Source: the human T2T-CHM13v2.0 reference genome, Homo sapiens. Taken from it: a stretch of DNA of 64,000 nucleotides. The notes beneath the pieces were generated by a model. The model did not search any database. It saw only the letters and a list, made by a program, of their open reading frames with translations, and was not told where the DNA came from. Position numbers and translations under genes: made by a program. Location: assembly GCF_009914755.1 (NCBI RefSeq), contig NC_060939.1; one strand, given 5' to 3'. Positions 48,957 to 61,117 of this stretch are shown piece by piece (the first letter of the stretch is position 1; every line of letters starts with the position of its first letter).

Positions 48957-51367
48957 TCCAATACCACTTTTAAAGACACAACTGCCAGAAAAATGATCAT
49001 TTAGTAATTTCAGAATAGCAAAACATAATAATATTTTTAAAGCTCAAAATATTTGATGGCTCCAGTGACCTCCTGGCCAGTATTCAAAGTCCCCCCACAA
49101 TCTGTCTCTGGTCTATCTTTTCAGCTGTGGGACCCCTACTTCCACTTTTTCCTTTCTCTGCAACCCCGCCTTTACACGCACATTCGCACAACCTGCAAAC
49201 ACTTGGCTGTAAGCTCTCATTACACTGCTCTTTCACCTGTGTCTTTTTTTACTTACTCCACAAATCCCAAGCATCTACTGCGTTTTAGGCACTGTTCTCT
49301 AGGCATCCCTCTTTCTCTATGCACATCTTATGGATTATGTTTCTCCCTCTTGCTAAATGATAATACCATGGTGGGATTTTCCTTCCATAATCATTAATAA
49401 TTATTTGTGTATTCAAAAGCTGTGTCATCACCTCTTTGCGGGCACTGTCAGTCCAAGGGCTCAGGTCGGGGGAAAAGATTTAGCACTAGAGGACTGTGTG
49501 CAAGGAGGAGGTATGTTGAGAACACAGTGTCTTCTCACAGGATTTTTATAGCCAAGCTATATGAGAAAGAACGAGGAGATCAGAAAAGGAGGAAGAGGTG
49601 ATAGAGACATATTAACTTTTAAAGCCAAGAAAACTACCCTATGTTACTAAGTTATCTTCTTGGACACACCCATTTTCCTATAGGAAAGAAAGATGTAATA
49701 AGGGAGGAAAGAAAACTATGCTTTCCATGTGTTATGCAGATGTTATTATTCCCACTTAAAAGATAAGGAAATCAAGGTTTGAGGTTGTGAAACAATCTGC
49801 CTGACATCGTACAGTGAGATGATGAAATAATTATGATTCCAACCCAGTCTTTCTGACTCCAGCATCAATCTTATTTCCTATACACAGGCTGATGGCTAAA
49901 GAAAGAAAAAACTGAAACCTTGATTTGGACTGTTTCTGTCCCTCACCTCCCATCCAGGACCTCGCTCAACAGTTCTCATGAATGCCTTCTCAAAATCCCC
50001 AAGCCAGGATCCCCAGGGGTCCTCTTCAAGCAGCTCAGCTCTGACAAATGACTCAGGCACCAGAACAGGGGCTTTCAAAGTGAATGTGCTGCATCATAAT
50101 TTTCTCTGCCTCTCCTGTTTCACTTAAGCAAAGGGAGAGCTTTGCAGGCATGTGGATCCTTCTTGGCCATTACCCTTAGCAACAACATTAATCTTTGAAC
50201 TCTTCACCATCATTTACTTAAGAGCAATGACATGCCCAGAGATATTCTGTGACTGACGGCAAAGTTACTAAACATCTAGATTTCCTGATGTATTTTTTTC
50301 TTCCTTTCACCCTGTCATTTCCATGTTAAGACAAAAAGTGTTGTTGTTCAGAGGCCTTCCCAGAAATAGCAAGCAGTTATTATTTAGGGACGTTCAGGCA
50401 GGGATGAGAAGAAGTTGCCCTTTTCTGGTATCCTTTGTTGTGCCCTGTTCCTACATTCCCACTGCCCCATTCACTGGTTCCTGTCTCTCCTGCACACTCT
50501 TTGACCATGATTCATTCTTCTTATTTAGTTTAGAGTGGGTCAGTTTTAATGGAGTATTTCATACTGTTTATCCTCTGTTCCTTCCTTTTCATCTTTTTGC
50601 TGCCACATTCTTTTGGCAAACATTTGCTGAGGATCTACTACGTGCCAGGCTCTGTGCCAGCAGCTGGGCTTCATCATTTCATTTCTGACAATCACAATAG
50701 CTTCCAAATGGATATCCCTGCCTTAAGTTTCTCCCTGAATCCATCTACTACATCCTGCTGCCAAACCAATCTGTCTAAACTCTACTTTGTAAACAGTACT
50801 CTCCACCCATCTGCCCATGGGATTAAGTCCCTACTCATTAGCTCTCTCGTGTCTGTCCTATAGATGCCTTTTACGCTTTTACATTGTGAGGTCCAGGGTG
50901 TTCTATTTATTTACTCCCCAGCATCCCATGTACATTTCCACCTCGGTGTCTTATAGCTCTCTAAATTTTCAAGTCCTATTCCATGTCCACTTAATAAATG
51001 TTTGGGGGCAAACTCCATCCCTGGGACAGCAGAGGATGTGGCCCAACCAATACGTTCTAGTTAAGGAGGAACCTAACACTTCTCCCTAAGAGGAGTCTGA
51101 ATGTCCCAGCATTAGGGATGAGAAGCAATACTAACCATGTGACCTTGCTAAATCCTGAAACAAGAATTCCCATCAAATCACTCTTCCATTCACTCAGTCA
51201 TTCAATAAAATAGTTTTTGAGTATCGCCTATATGCTAGGCATCATGGTGAGTGCTAGGGAACAACAGCGAGTAAGAGAAACAGGTTCCTGCCGTCATGAA
51301 GATTTTAGCCTAGTAGAAAGGACACATTAAACATACAAACAAGTGCAATATGTGAGTAAATAAAATA

Positions 51368-51445
51368 TTAGGTTGGTGCAAAGGTAATAGCAGTTTTTGC
51401 CATTAAAAGCAATGGCAAACTGTGATTACTTTTGCACTAACCTAT
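51368..51445. mobile_element. MADE1 (Hsmar1-derived MITE) palindrome
   Basis: ttaggttggtgcaaaggtaat...attacttttgcactaaccta; ~80-bp inverted repeat flanked by TA, inside L2-like sequence (~51170-51600). Confidence 0.93.
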
Positions 51446-51626
51446 AATAGAAATGTGGAGTGTTAATGAAAAGAGAAATAAGTGTTGTGATGCAACAAGG
51501 TAGGAAATGCTACTGGAGACAGGAGGTGCTATCAAAGAAGGTCTCTGAAGAAGAGGCATTTAAGCTGAAATCCATATGATGAAGTCAAGCATTCAAAGAG
51601 ATAATACAGGCTCTTGAACAGCAAGT

Positions 51627-51667
51627 ACACAGACACACAGACACACACACAGACACACACACACACC
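51627..51667. repeat. (CA)n/(CAGA) microsatellite
   Basis: Seen directly. Confidence 0.9.
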
Positions 51668-52027
51668 AAAGCCAATGCAGGCCAATAACCTCACTCCTCA
51701 CTGGCTTTGATCTTACATGTAATTCATTTGTCCAGTGGGGATGTGACAGCCAGCCCCCTCTATCATAACCATAATAGCTTCTCTTTTGATAGCTAAGCCT
51801 TTGGTTTGTGGATCTTTAAAATGATTTAAATTTCATCTACATAGTTTTTCTACTTTGCTCTGCTAACAGGGCAATTTATTTCCAACTCAAATTTGCATAA
51901 TATTTCTAGAATCCAGTATAGCACCCTAGTGATAGTCATCACTCTGTACATTGAAAATAACTGTTGGTTACTTTTTAGAGTTGGTATATACCAGCTCTTT
52001 AAAAAATCTGTAAGTTGCTTTCCATAC

Positions 52028-52079
52028 CTCGTTGATTAACTGGATCTTTAGCTACGTAGGCAACATAGTCTGTAGTATC
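52028..52079 (-). CDS. SHC4: SHC4 exon 6, PTB domain
   Basis: ttttatag|GAT ACT ACA...CGA G|gtatgg; 52 nt; DTTDYVAYVAKDPVNQR. Confidence 0.97.
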
Positions 52080-53974
52080 CTATAAAAAAGGGAAAATGAC
52101 TGTATTTAAAATGGATGAACTGTACTGTTGAAAGAAACATATATTTTGGACATGATACTGAGGCAAGGACTCAAATACAAATGTTTTTTATTTAAAGAGA
52201 CAAGAAAAGCATTGTAAAAGGGAACATAAACAAATATACACCATATAGTTTAACAATTATGGAGTCCATGTTCTCTGTCCCTTGGGGAAAGAATTGGAAA
52301 ATTAAAAATTTAGAGGCAGACTGTCATTAAGAATAAAAGAGAAAGCAGATAGGGAACATGTTAGGACATATTCTTTAAAACTGGCTAGAGACTATGATGC
52401 TGTCCTAGGTTGAAAGTTGAAATATCAGGGATTATGCAATCACAAAAGTGACATAAACTAAGATAGGGTATCATGATCTCCTGTTGTCCAAACATATACC
52501 ACATACATCAGAAAGTAAGTTGACTAAAGAGACATGTTGGATTTTGTGGTTGTTAGCTTGCTTGTATGCAGTGTAAGTTAACTTAAGGGATAATAAAGTG
52601 AAAATACAAGGAATTTATTTGATCAATATACAGAAAAGAAAAATCATTTTAAAAAAAAGAGAACCCCTGAAAAACTTAAGAAGTTCAAAAAGAGATGCAC
52701 TGCTGACTTCGTAAAAACAAACCAACAAAACGCTACTTGGTAATTCCAGCTTTTATTGAAAACAGTAAGCTGATGAATGATAAGGTTTTAATAATTAAAG
52801 ATGCTTTTTGTTATCTAAGTTCTTGGGAAAAAATACACACAATTCCATTTGCAGATTAGAAGTATGACTCTCTAGAGGGAAGATGCAATCAACTGGCAGG
52901 AAATAAAAGCCCATGTTTGTAATACCCTCAAGGATAATCACTTAATAACCCACAATGAATCACACAGGAAGTGGATCTCAGGGTCAGCATAACTCGTCTT
53001 GGGCAATTAAAGAAAATAATAACACATACCCGAGTAAATTTCTCTTACGCAAAAAGAAAAAAGGTTTTAAATATCCTCTAAATAAATAAGGCCATATCCT
53101 TGGGCTTTGTTTTATATGAATTTAGAAGGAAAGCCACAATTGCTGGGGACTTTGCCACTCTTATTCAAGTGAAGAGGTGGTCTGATGCCAGCCATGCTGT
53201 CTGGTAGGTCCAATTATGGGAAAGAGGCTGTGAGACCTCTACAGACCTCAGTTTTCTCATTTTCAAAACAGCCTCCAACATTGGTATAGTTCTAAAATTC
53301 TATAGCTGTAAACATTTGGGAGAATTTACAGAATGCTAAAAGTAAAGCACAAATAGCAGGGGAAAATATGTTTAAATGTATTTAATTTTTGACATACTCA
53401 CAATGCACTTTTTAAGTGGAGAAAGTATATATAGTTATAGAGGCATTACCAACAACTGTTTTCAGGGCTGACGGATGGAAAACAACTGTTTTTGCAAAGA
53501 GAGTAAAAATGAGGGTGAGCAAAGGCCAAGAGATGAGAAGGCTATTCATTATTTTTGAAATTTTGGAGGAAATCTTGTAGAAAGATTACTATGTTGGACC
53601 TCAGGGACTTTTAAGTCAGCTTCCTACCCTTGTACACAGTTCACTGTGAAGCTGTAAACGATCTCAGTTAATATCCTAAAACAAATATGGGTATGTGTTA
53701 GCAATTGTGGTAGTAGTTACTTCTTGTGACTGTGTGCCAGGACCTGCGCTAACACTAACCATGTATCATTTCACTTAATTCCCACAACACTGTCAGGCAA
53801 TAGGGATTATCCTCCATTTACATATGAGGACTCTGGAGTTTAGGGAGTTTAAATAAGTCACGTCTACTTGACTCCAAAGCCTGGCAGTACATAATACTGC
53901 CTCCCTGACCTGATGGTAAAACTTCATAGAGATGATTTCTAATGCCCATGCTTAGGGTGGCTCCAGACTTCTAT

Positions 53975-54014
53975 TTTACTAGACAGGTGCTTTAACCAAC
54001 CAAGCCATGGCACT
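53975..54014 (-). pseudogene. Second tailless tRNA-Thr(AGT) 5'-half retropseudogene
   Basis: Minus AGTGCCATGGCTTGGTTGGTTAAAGCACCTGTCTAGTAAA; 15-bp TSD ccagacttctatttt (53963-53977) / ccagatttctacttt (54019-54033). Confidence 0.85.
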
Positions 54015-54828
54015 GCCGCCAGATTTCTACTTTAAATTAGAATCAACAGGCTTTCTCACCAGCTTTAGAGAGCACAGAGGTGCTCTCAATGCAGCAGGTA
54101 CAAACTTTCCCATAGTGGCCACAAATTATTTAATGTTTGTTTTTTATAGGAACAGTGGTTTGGTCAATTTAAAGAACTAAAGGCACATGAAGAGAGTATG
54201 AAAAAAATTAAGATTCTGGAGAACAATAACAGAAATCATTCAGGGCATGCCTTGAGTAAATGTTTGCGCACCAATTCTAACATGATGACAACCCTTAAGA
54301 AATTTAGGGCAAATGCCAATAATTATTTTTCACACTACATGTATAAACACTACTTTAAATCTCTTAAGAAAAGTATTTGAGTTCCTTCATGGATGACTGA
54401 GCTAGGGAGAAGAGAAAGTGCTGGTATTTTTCAGCCTGGATTCAGTTGACCCTCCCTGCCAGCCACCATCCTTGGTGTTGCTATTGAGGCCAGATTACAA
54501 GGCTGGATGGAAAAGAGTCCAGATAGGCTCTTGGGCTCAAATAGCAGCTGCTAAGCACCAGACACCTTGTATGTCCCTTGTTTGCTAATGGGAATTCACA
54601 ATTAGGCATCTGTGGAATTTCTTGGGGAAAAGGTGGAACTCTTAACATTTGGTTTACTTTTAAAAATGGCAGCATCATGGAACTAATATATAATAGTTAT
54701 TTGAAAATAACTATACCCCAGGCTAAAAGATGAGGAAGTAGTAAAGCTTAAAGGGGAAACTGGATATCCATTAATTAGAAAACAAGGGTTTGAAATCCTG
54801 TAAAGGCTGCTTTTCTTCCATATGCTTC

Positions 54829-54900
54829 GTGAGCCAAGATCGTGCCACTGCACTCCAGCCTGAGTGACAAGAGTGAGACGCCGTCTCAAAAAAAAAAAAA
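54829..54900 (+). mobile_element. Alu 3'-terminal fragment (~70 bp)
   Basis: gtgagccaagatcgtgccactgcactccagcctg...tctc plus poly-A. Confidence 0.9.
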
Positions 54901-56298
54901 GCATGTCTTGGTTTGACATGCTTAAATACTTTGGGTCATTGGTAGCCAATGTGAAGACAAGTAATCATTGAAGTGTTTTTAAGAATTGGCTAATTTAGCT
55001 ATATATTTTATACACAGGTAAGTTACACCAACACCCAAGAGGAAGAACCTGCTTAAATACTTTAGATGCCAGTAAATGAAGCAATGATTACAGAGTAACT
55101 TCAGAACTTTACTTCCTTTTAGGATATACAATTATTTCTCCCCCATTGAATATTTAGCAAAAAGTTTAAAACAAATGAAAACTACCATGGTATCAGCTGC
55201 CAGATTTAGTTTTTAGCATCCTCTATATCTTTCTTGGGTTTCTAGGTTATTGTCCTATCATTTATGACTCTACATTTTATTCCTCAATTACAGGTGAAAA
55301 CTAAATGTGGTGGATAGAAAACAATCAATGGTTAAACTGAATTGTATTGGTTCGTTCCTGAAGGATATAATCTTTTCTTTAAAAAATGCTTTGCAGAAAA
55401 GAAGGTAATACATTCTGAGTAAGAACAAGGTCTGTGTATGTTCCCCCTGCTTTCTTGACATGGCTGATGTTTAACCATTATGAAAGTCATACTCCATCCT
55501 CTTCTAACCTTTCATCAAAACATATGGAAGATTAGAAGAGGAAAGAGTACAATAAAAAGACCAATAATGTCACAGAGTGGCAAAAGTATTCTTCTACTCC
55601 CTCAGTTTAAACAGATTTGCTTCTTGCTCAGTTGCAGGCTCCCTAGCTTCAAAGCCCCTCTCCTTTTGCTGTGGTCCAGAAATGGTGCAGTAGGGAGTCA
55701 AGGAATGACACTCCATTCTGCAGAGTAGGCTTGGAGAAATCCTGTACAATTTCTGGGAAGTGAGTATCACATGACCCCATCTTGGTAGAGAAGAACTACA
55801 AGTTCTCTCTCCCCAGCTCAGCATTTCCTCCATGAGTTCCTGCAAACCTGGTTGCTCATTCCAGATTAGACTTAGTTGACTTGGTTGATATATCAAGTCC
55901 AGTTGATTAGTAAAGTGTTCCAGAAACTCTGTGTTGAGAAGAATTCTAAGGAAGGATTGAGCAACACATGTATGACATACTTGCTTTTCATGACCTAGAT
56001 ATTATCAACAAGAAGCTTATTAGATGATAACTCCATGGCTAATAACACAATGGAGCACTACTAGCTCATCTACTAATCCAAGTATTTTAAAATTTAATAA
56101 TAGGAAATGTTTGCCTAAAGAAAATATTTTATTATCTGCTACATGTAGCTATTCACAGACTGTAATAGTATGTTAGGAAAAGACATGTAGTGGCTAATAT
56201 GGTTTATGTAAAAGTTATTTTATTTTATTATCATCCAGCCCCAAATGTCAAGAAGTTATTTTAACTCATAAAAAGAACTTCTGTGAATCCATACTTAC

Positions 56299-56352
56299 AG
56301 GATCCCCTCCAGAGGCAAATGAAATAGACTGCATATGATGATTTGCAATAAT
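56299..56352 (-). CDS. SHC4: SHC4 exon 5, PTB domain
   Basis: ttttcag|ATT ATT GCA...GAT CCT|gtaagt; 54 nt, phase 0-0; IIANHHMQSISFASGGDP. Confidence 0.97.
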
Positions 56353-56419
56353 CTGAAAAACATAAACATGTATACTAATATAAATTAATTGTTATTTCTA
56401 GTTATATACAGTCTAACAG

Positions 56420-56945
56420 TAATAGACATACATTTGTTTGTTTTGTTTTTGCCTGATCAGCATCCCTTTGAAAACCACCCAACCTACACTCTATAATAAT
56501 CTCATTTAAACCACGAGATTCTGATGATTTTGTGATGCCCATCTCACTGCCCTTGCCCACCCAGGTGGAACATTATCTAGGGCTAGCCAATCAGAAAATA
56601 CCATCTCTCTGGATACAGCAGAGCCAATCAATGTATTTTGGGAAGAACTGAAATGAATAATAGGAGAGAAAGCATCTCTCTCTGCCATTAAAAACTATGT
56701 AAGCCCAAAGCTTCTAGGGGCCATATTATGCTGCCATGTGAGAAAAGTCTGCTGGAATATGAAGCTTTTCTTCTGATGAAAATCGGAACTGAGAACTAAA
56801 AATAGGAAAAAAGTCTGGTGGTAACATTTGTTCCATCACTTTAACCAATATATTTCACCCTCTCCCTTTATATTTTTGTTTCTTTTTGCAAAAGTTAGTT
56901 TGAATTTGATTTCAGTCATTCACTACTAAATGTATCCTGAGTAAG
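56420..56945 (+). mobile_element. Old MLT1 (K/L-like) LTR just upstream of SHC4 exon 5
   Basis: ggctagccaatcaga...ggggccatattatgctgccatgtgaga...gtttgaatttgatttcagtcattcac. Confidence 0.55.
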
Positions 56946-57119
56946 GCACTAACATTAGGACTTCTAATATGAGTAAGAATCGCCAAGTAACCACATTAAT
57001 TAGCTAAGAAGATTGTCTTCTATTTGAGAGTCTAGGATTGCTTGTTTGCAAACCACAGTGTAATGACCATTTGCAGAGACATATCTGTCATGCTATTTTG
57101 AAGGTTCATTAAAACACCA

Positions 57120-58550
57120 ACTATGCACCTATTGACTAATCCTGCTTTCAAAATTGTGTGACAGAATCTACCAAAGCTGATTATATAAGATGACCAGCAA
57201 TTTTATTCCTAGACGTATATCCAACACAATTGTGTAAATATGTGCAACAAAAAATATTCTCAAAGAAGACAATAACTGCCCTGTTCATAACAGCCCTAAA
57301 TTGGAAACAATTCCAATGATGACTATTGTAATATTCAAATGGTGGCATACTATATAGCAGCAACATGTTTGCTGAGCAAAAGAAGTCTAACACAAAGAAT
57401 ATACTGCATGGCTTAATTTATATGAAGTTCAAAACTAGGCAAAATTATGGTATTTGAAATCAGAACAGTGGTTATTTCTGGAGCACAGGAAGAAGGGGCA
57501 AAAGATTTTCTGGGATTGCTGGAGTTTCTTGATCTGAATATTGGTTATACAACTGTTCATTTTGTGATAATTATTACGGACTTATTATCTGTGTACTTGT
57601 CTACATTTATATTTCAGTAAAAACAAAGTCAATATACAAAGATCAATGTCATTCCCATATATCAACAATAGTCGGCCGGGCGCAGTGGCTCACGCCTGTA
57701 ATCCCAACCCTTTGGGAGGCCGTGGCGGGCGGATCATGAGGTCAGGAGATTGAGACCATCCTAGCTAACACAGTGAAACCCCATCTCTACTAAAAATACA
57801 AAAAATTAGCTGGGCGTGGTGGGCACCTGTAGTCCCCGCTACTCAGGAGTCTGAGGCAGGAGAATGGTGTGAACCCGGGAGGCGGAGCTTGCAGTGAGCT
57901 GAGATCATGCCACTGCACTCCAGCCTGGGCTACAGAGCGAGACTCCGTCTCAAAAAAAAAAACAGAAAAATAGCCAATTAGACACTGTATTTTGGGGAGA
58001 AAGGTACACTTTGTAAGAGTACTTTAGTACAAAACTAATAAGAATCATGTAATGCTTTTTGGAAAACTTCACTGAAGAGTATAAATAAGATCTGAACAAG
58101 TAGAAAGATATATATCACTCTCATGGATGAGAAGATGGTATTACAAAGGTGTCAATCCTACCCCAGATTAATTTATAAATTCCATGCAATTCCAATAAAA
58201 ATGCTTCTAAAATTCATATGGAAGAATAAATGTGCAAGAACAGCTAAAGCAAATTTTAAAAGAACAAATGCATAAGAATTCCCTTATAAGATAATAAGAA
58301 ATATTATAATATCACATTCAAGATGCTCCTAAATTCATATGAAAGAATAAATGCACAAGAAGAGTTAGCGCAGTTTTTTAAAGAACAAAGACAAAATATT
58401 CCTGATCAAACAGCAAGATATAAAACTGTAGAAATGTCACAAGAATTCAAAGTCTAAAAATAGACTCATGTATTTAAGAACTTTTAGTCTATGATAAATC
58501 TGACACCAAGCAGCAGTCAGCCAGAAATCATGTGTCCATGGTGAGAAGAA
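57120..58550 (+). mobile_element. Old L1M(E) fragments, host of the Charlie insertion
   Basis: gacccagcaatt-like and aaattccatgcaattccaataaaa...ctaaaattcatatggaa L1 ORF2/3' motifs; similar sequence resumes after 61600. Confidence 0.65.
57674..57962 (+). mobile_element. Alu (Y-like)
   Basis: ggatcatgaggtcaggagattgagaccatcc and gaatggtgtgaacccgggaggcggagctt. Confidence 0.95.
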
Positions 58551-60605
58551 CTAGAGCAGGGGCTCCCGACTCCCCTGGCCAGAGACCAAGTACCAGTCCG
58601 TGGCCTGTTAGGAACCGGGCTGCAGAGGAGGTGAGCAGTGGATGAGCAAGAGAAGCTTCATGTGTATGTACTGCTGCTCCCCGTTGCTCACATTACTGTC
58701 TGAGTTCTGCCTCCTGTCAGATCAGTGGCGACATTAGATTCTCATAGGAGAATGAACCCTATTGTGAACTACACATACGAGGGATCTAGGTTGCATGCTC
58801 CTTATGAGAATCTAATGCTTGATGACCTGAGGTAGAGCTGAGGTGGTGACGCTAGTGCTGGGGAGTGGCTGCAAATACAGATTAACAATAGCAGAGAGGT
58901 TTGACTGCACAGAGACCATAATAAATCAATTGCTTGCAGACTCATATCAAAACCCTATCGGTAAGTAGCAAGTGACACTTAAGTTGCATCTGGTGGCAGG
59001 CTACATAGTGGCAAGTGAGTTGATGTACTTCAGTTGTACAGCTGCAGCTGATGGCAGGCTTTAAGTCTGAATCCGACTATTTTAGTTTGTTCCTGGCCCG
59101 CCCATTATTTTATTTACCACTCCCATCCATGTCTCTTTCCTGCACCATGCACTTTCTCGGTCACAGTTTTGGTAAGCCCATAAGCTAACCCTAGCCAAAA
59201 TGAGTAAAAAACAAACTTCACTGGAGAGGTTCTTTGAAAAGGGGGAAAGATCCAGTGATGAGACTGCAGAAGACTTTAAGACTGCCAACAAAAATAAAGC
59301 TGCATTTAAAAGAAAATATCAAGAGTCCTACTTAAAATACCAGTTCATTACAACAGGTGATTCACATTATCCAAGCTTGCTTTGCATAACATGTAGCAAG
59401 TGGCTATCTAACAAAGCCATGAAGCCTTCTAAACTGCTTTGTCACATGGAGACCACACACCCTGCATTAATACTAAGCCTTTGGAGTTTTTCAAAAGAAA
59501 ACAATGTGAACACAAAGAATAGAAGAAATTATTGAAGGCCACCACTTCATCAGATGTGTTTGCACTGAGAGCATCATTCTTAGTGGCTAACCACATTGCT
59601 AAAGCTAAGAAGTCCTTTACTATTGATGAAGAGTTGATCCTGCCTGCTTCTAAGGACATTTGTCATGAACTTTCAGGAGAGGCTGCAGTTCAAAAGGTGG
59701 CATGTGTTCCTCTTTTGGCTAGCACCACAACTAGATGAACTGATGAAATATCAGAGGATAATGAGGCACAATTGTTAGAAAGGAACAATGCTTTTTTGTG
59801 TGTGATATATTTTGCAGGAGGATGTGAATGAGGATATGCTATATGCACTTTTGTTGCCAACCAGCACCACAGATGCAGAACTATTCAAGTCTTTGAATGA
59901 TTACATATCAGGAAAGTGGAATCAGTCATTTTGCATCGGTATATGCATGGGTGGAGCAGCTGCCATGACTGGATGGCATTTTGGTTTCACTACTCAGGTC
60001 AAAGAGGTCGCTTCTGAATGTGAGTCTATGCACCATGTCATCCATAGAGAAATGATGGCTAGTCAGAAAATGTCACCTGAACTTAACAACATTTTGCAGT
60101 ATGTGATTAAAATTATCAACCATATTATACATGCCCTTAACTCACATCTGTTTGTGCAGCTCTGTGAGGAGATGGATGCAGAGCACACACGTCTTCTCTT
60201 ACACACAGAAGTGAGATGGCTTTCTAAAGGTAGATCACTGGCCAGAGTTTTTGAGTTAAGAGAGCTGCTTCAGAGATTTCTTTGTAGAAAAACAGTCACC
60301 ATTGGCGGCACATTTCAGTGACACAGAATGGGTCACAAAAAAACTTGCTTACTTGTGTGACATATTCAACCTGCTCAGTGAACTCTGTCACTTCAGGGAC
60401 GAACAACAACTGTGTTCAACTTGGCAGATAAGGTGGCTGCATTCAAAGCCAAACTGGAATCATGCGGGTGACAAATGAACACTGGGATTTCTGACATTTC
60501 AAACATTAGCAGAGATTTTGAAAGAGACTGAGCCAGGGTCTTCTTTCTCCCAGCTGGTGCATGATCACCTATCTCAGCTTTCAAAATATTTTGAGCATTA
60601 CTTCC

Positions 60606-61117
60606 TGTATTAGTCATGGTTCTCTAGAAGCACAGAACTAATGGAATATATACATATATATATACACACACACACACGTATATACACATACACACATACA
60701 TATACACATATATATGTATATATATGTAAAGGGGAGTTCACTAAGTATTAACTCACATGATCACAAGGTCCTACAATAGGCTGTCTGCAGGCTAAGGAGA
60801 GAGGAGAGCCAGTCCGAGTTCTGAAACTGAAGAACTTGGGAATCCAATGTTCGAGGGCAGGAAGCATCCAACACAGGAGAAAGATTTAGGCTGGGAGGCT
60901 AGGCCAGTCTCTCTTTTCACATTTTTCTGCCTGCTTATATTCTAGCCAAGCTGGCAGCTGATTAGATTGTGCCCAACCAGATTAAGGGTGGGTCTGCCTT
61001 TCGCAGCCCACTGACTCAAATGTTAATCTCCTTTGGCAACACCCTCACAGACACACCAATGATCAATACTTGTATCCTTCAATCCAATCAAGTTGACACT
61101 CAGTATTAACCATCACA
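60606..61117 (-). mobile_element. MLT2 (probably MLT2A, HERV-L) solo LTR inserted in the Charlie transposase
   Basis: Minus strand starts TGTGATGGTTAATACTGAGTGTCAACTTGATTGGATTG; TG...CA ends; 5-bp TSD cttcc/cttct; internal (TA/CA)n tract 60647-60725. Confidence 0.92.
60757..60867 (-). CDS. SHC4: Candidate LTR-derived alternative first coding exon of SHC4 (37 aa)
   Basis: ATG at 60867-60865; open frame MLPALEHWIPKFFSFRTRTGSPLSLACRQPIVGPCDH; then CAT|gtgagt donor (60756-60751), phase 0, in frame with exon 5; lies wholly inside an MLT2 LTR. Confidence 0.7.

Noticed and set aside
54815-54832. ttccatat/ttcgtga similarity to the U6 3' end (U6-Alu chimera)
   Set aside because: Words are in the wrong order and too short
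58201-58390. ~65-bp imperfect direct repeat
   Set aside because: Local duplication inside decayed L1; not an array and no functional signal
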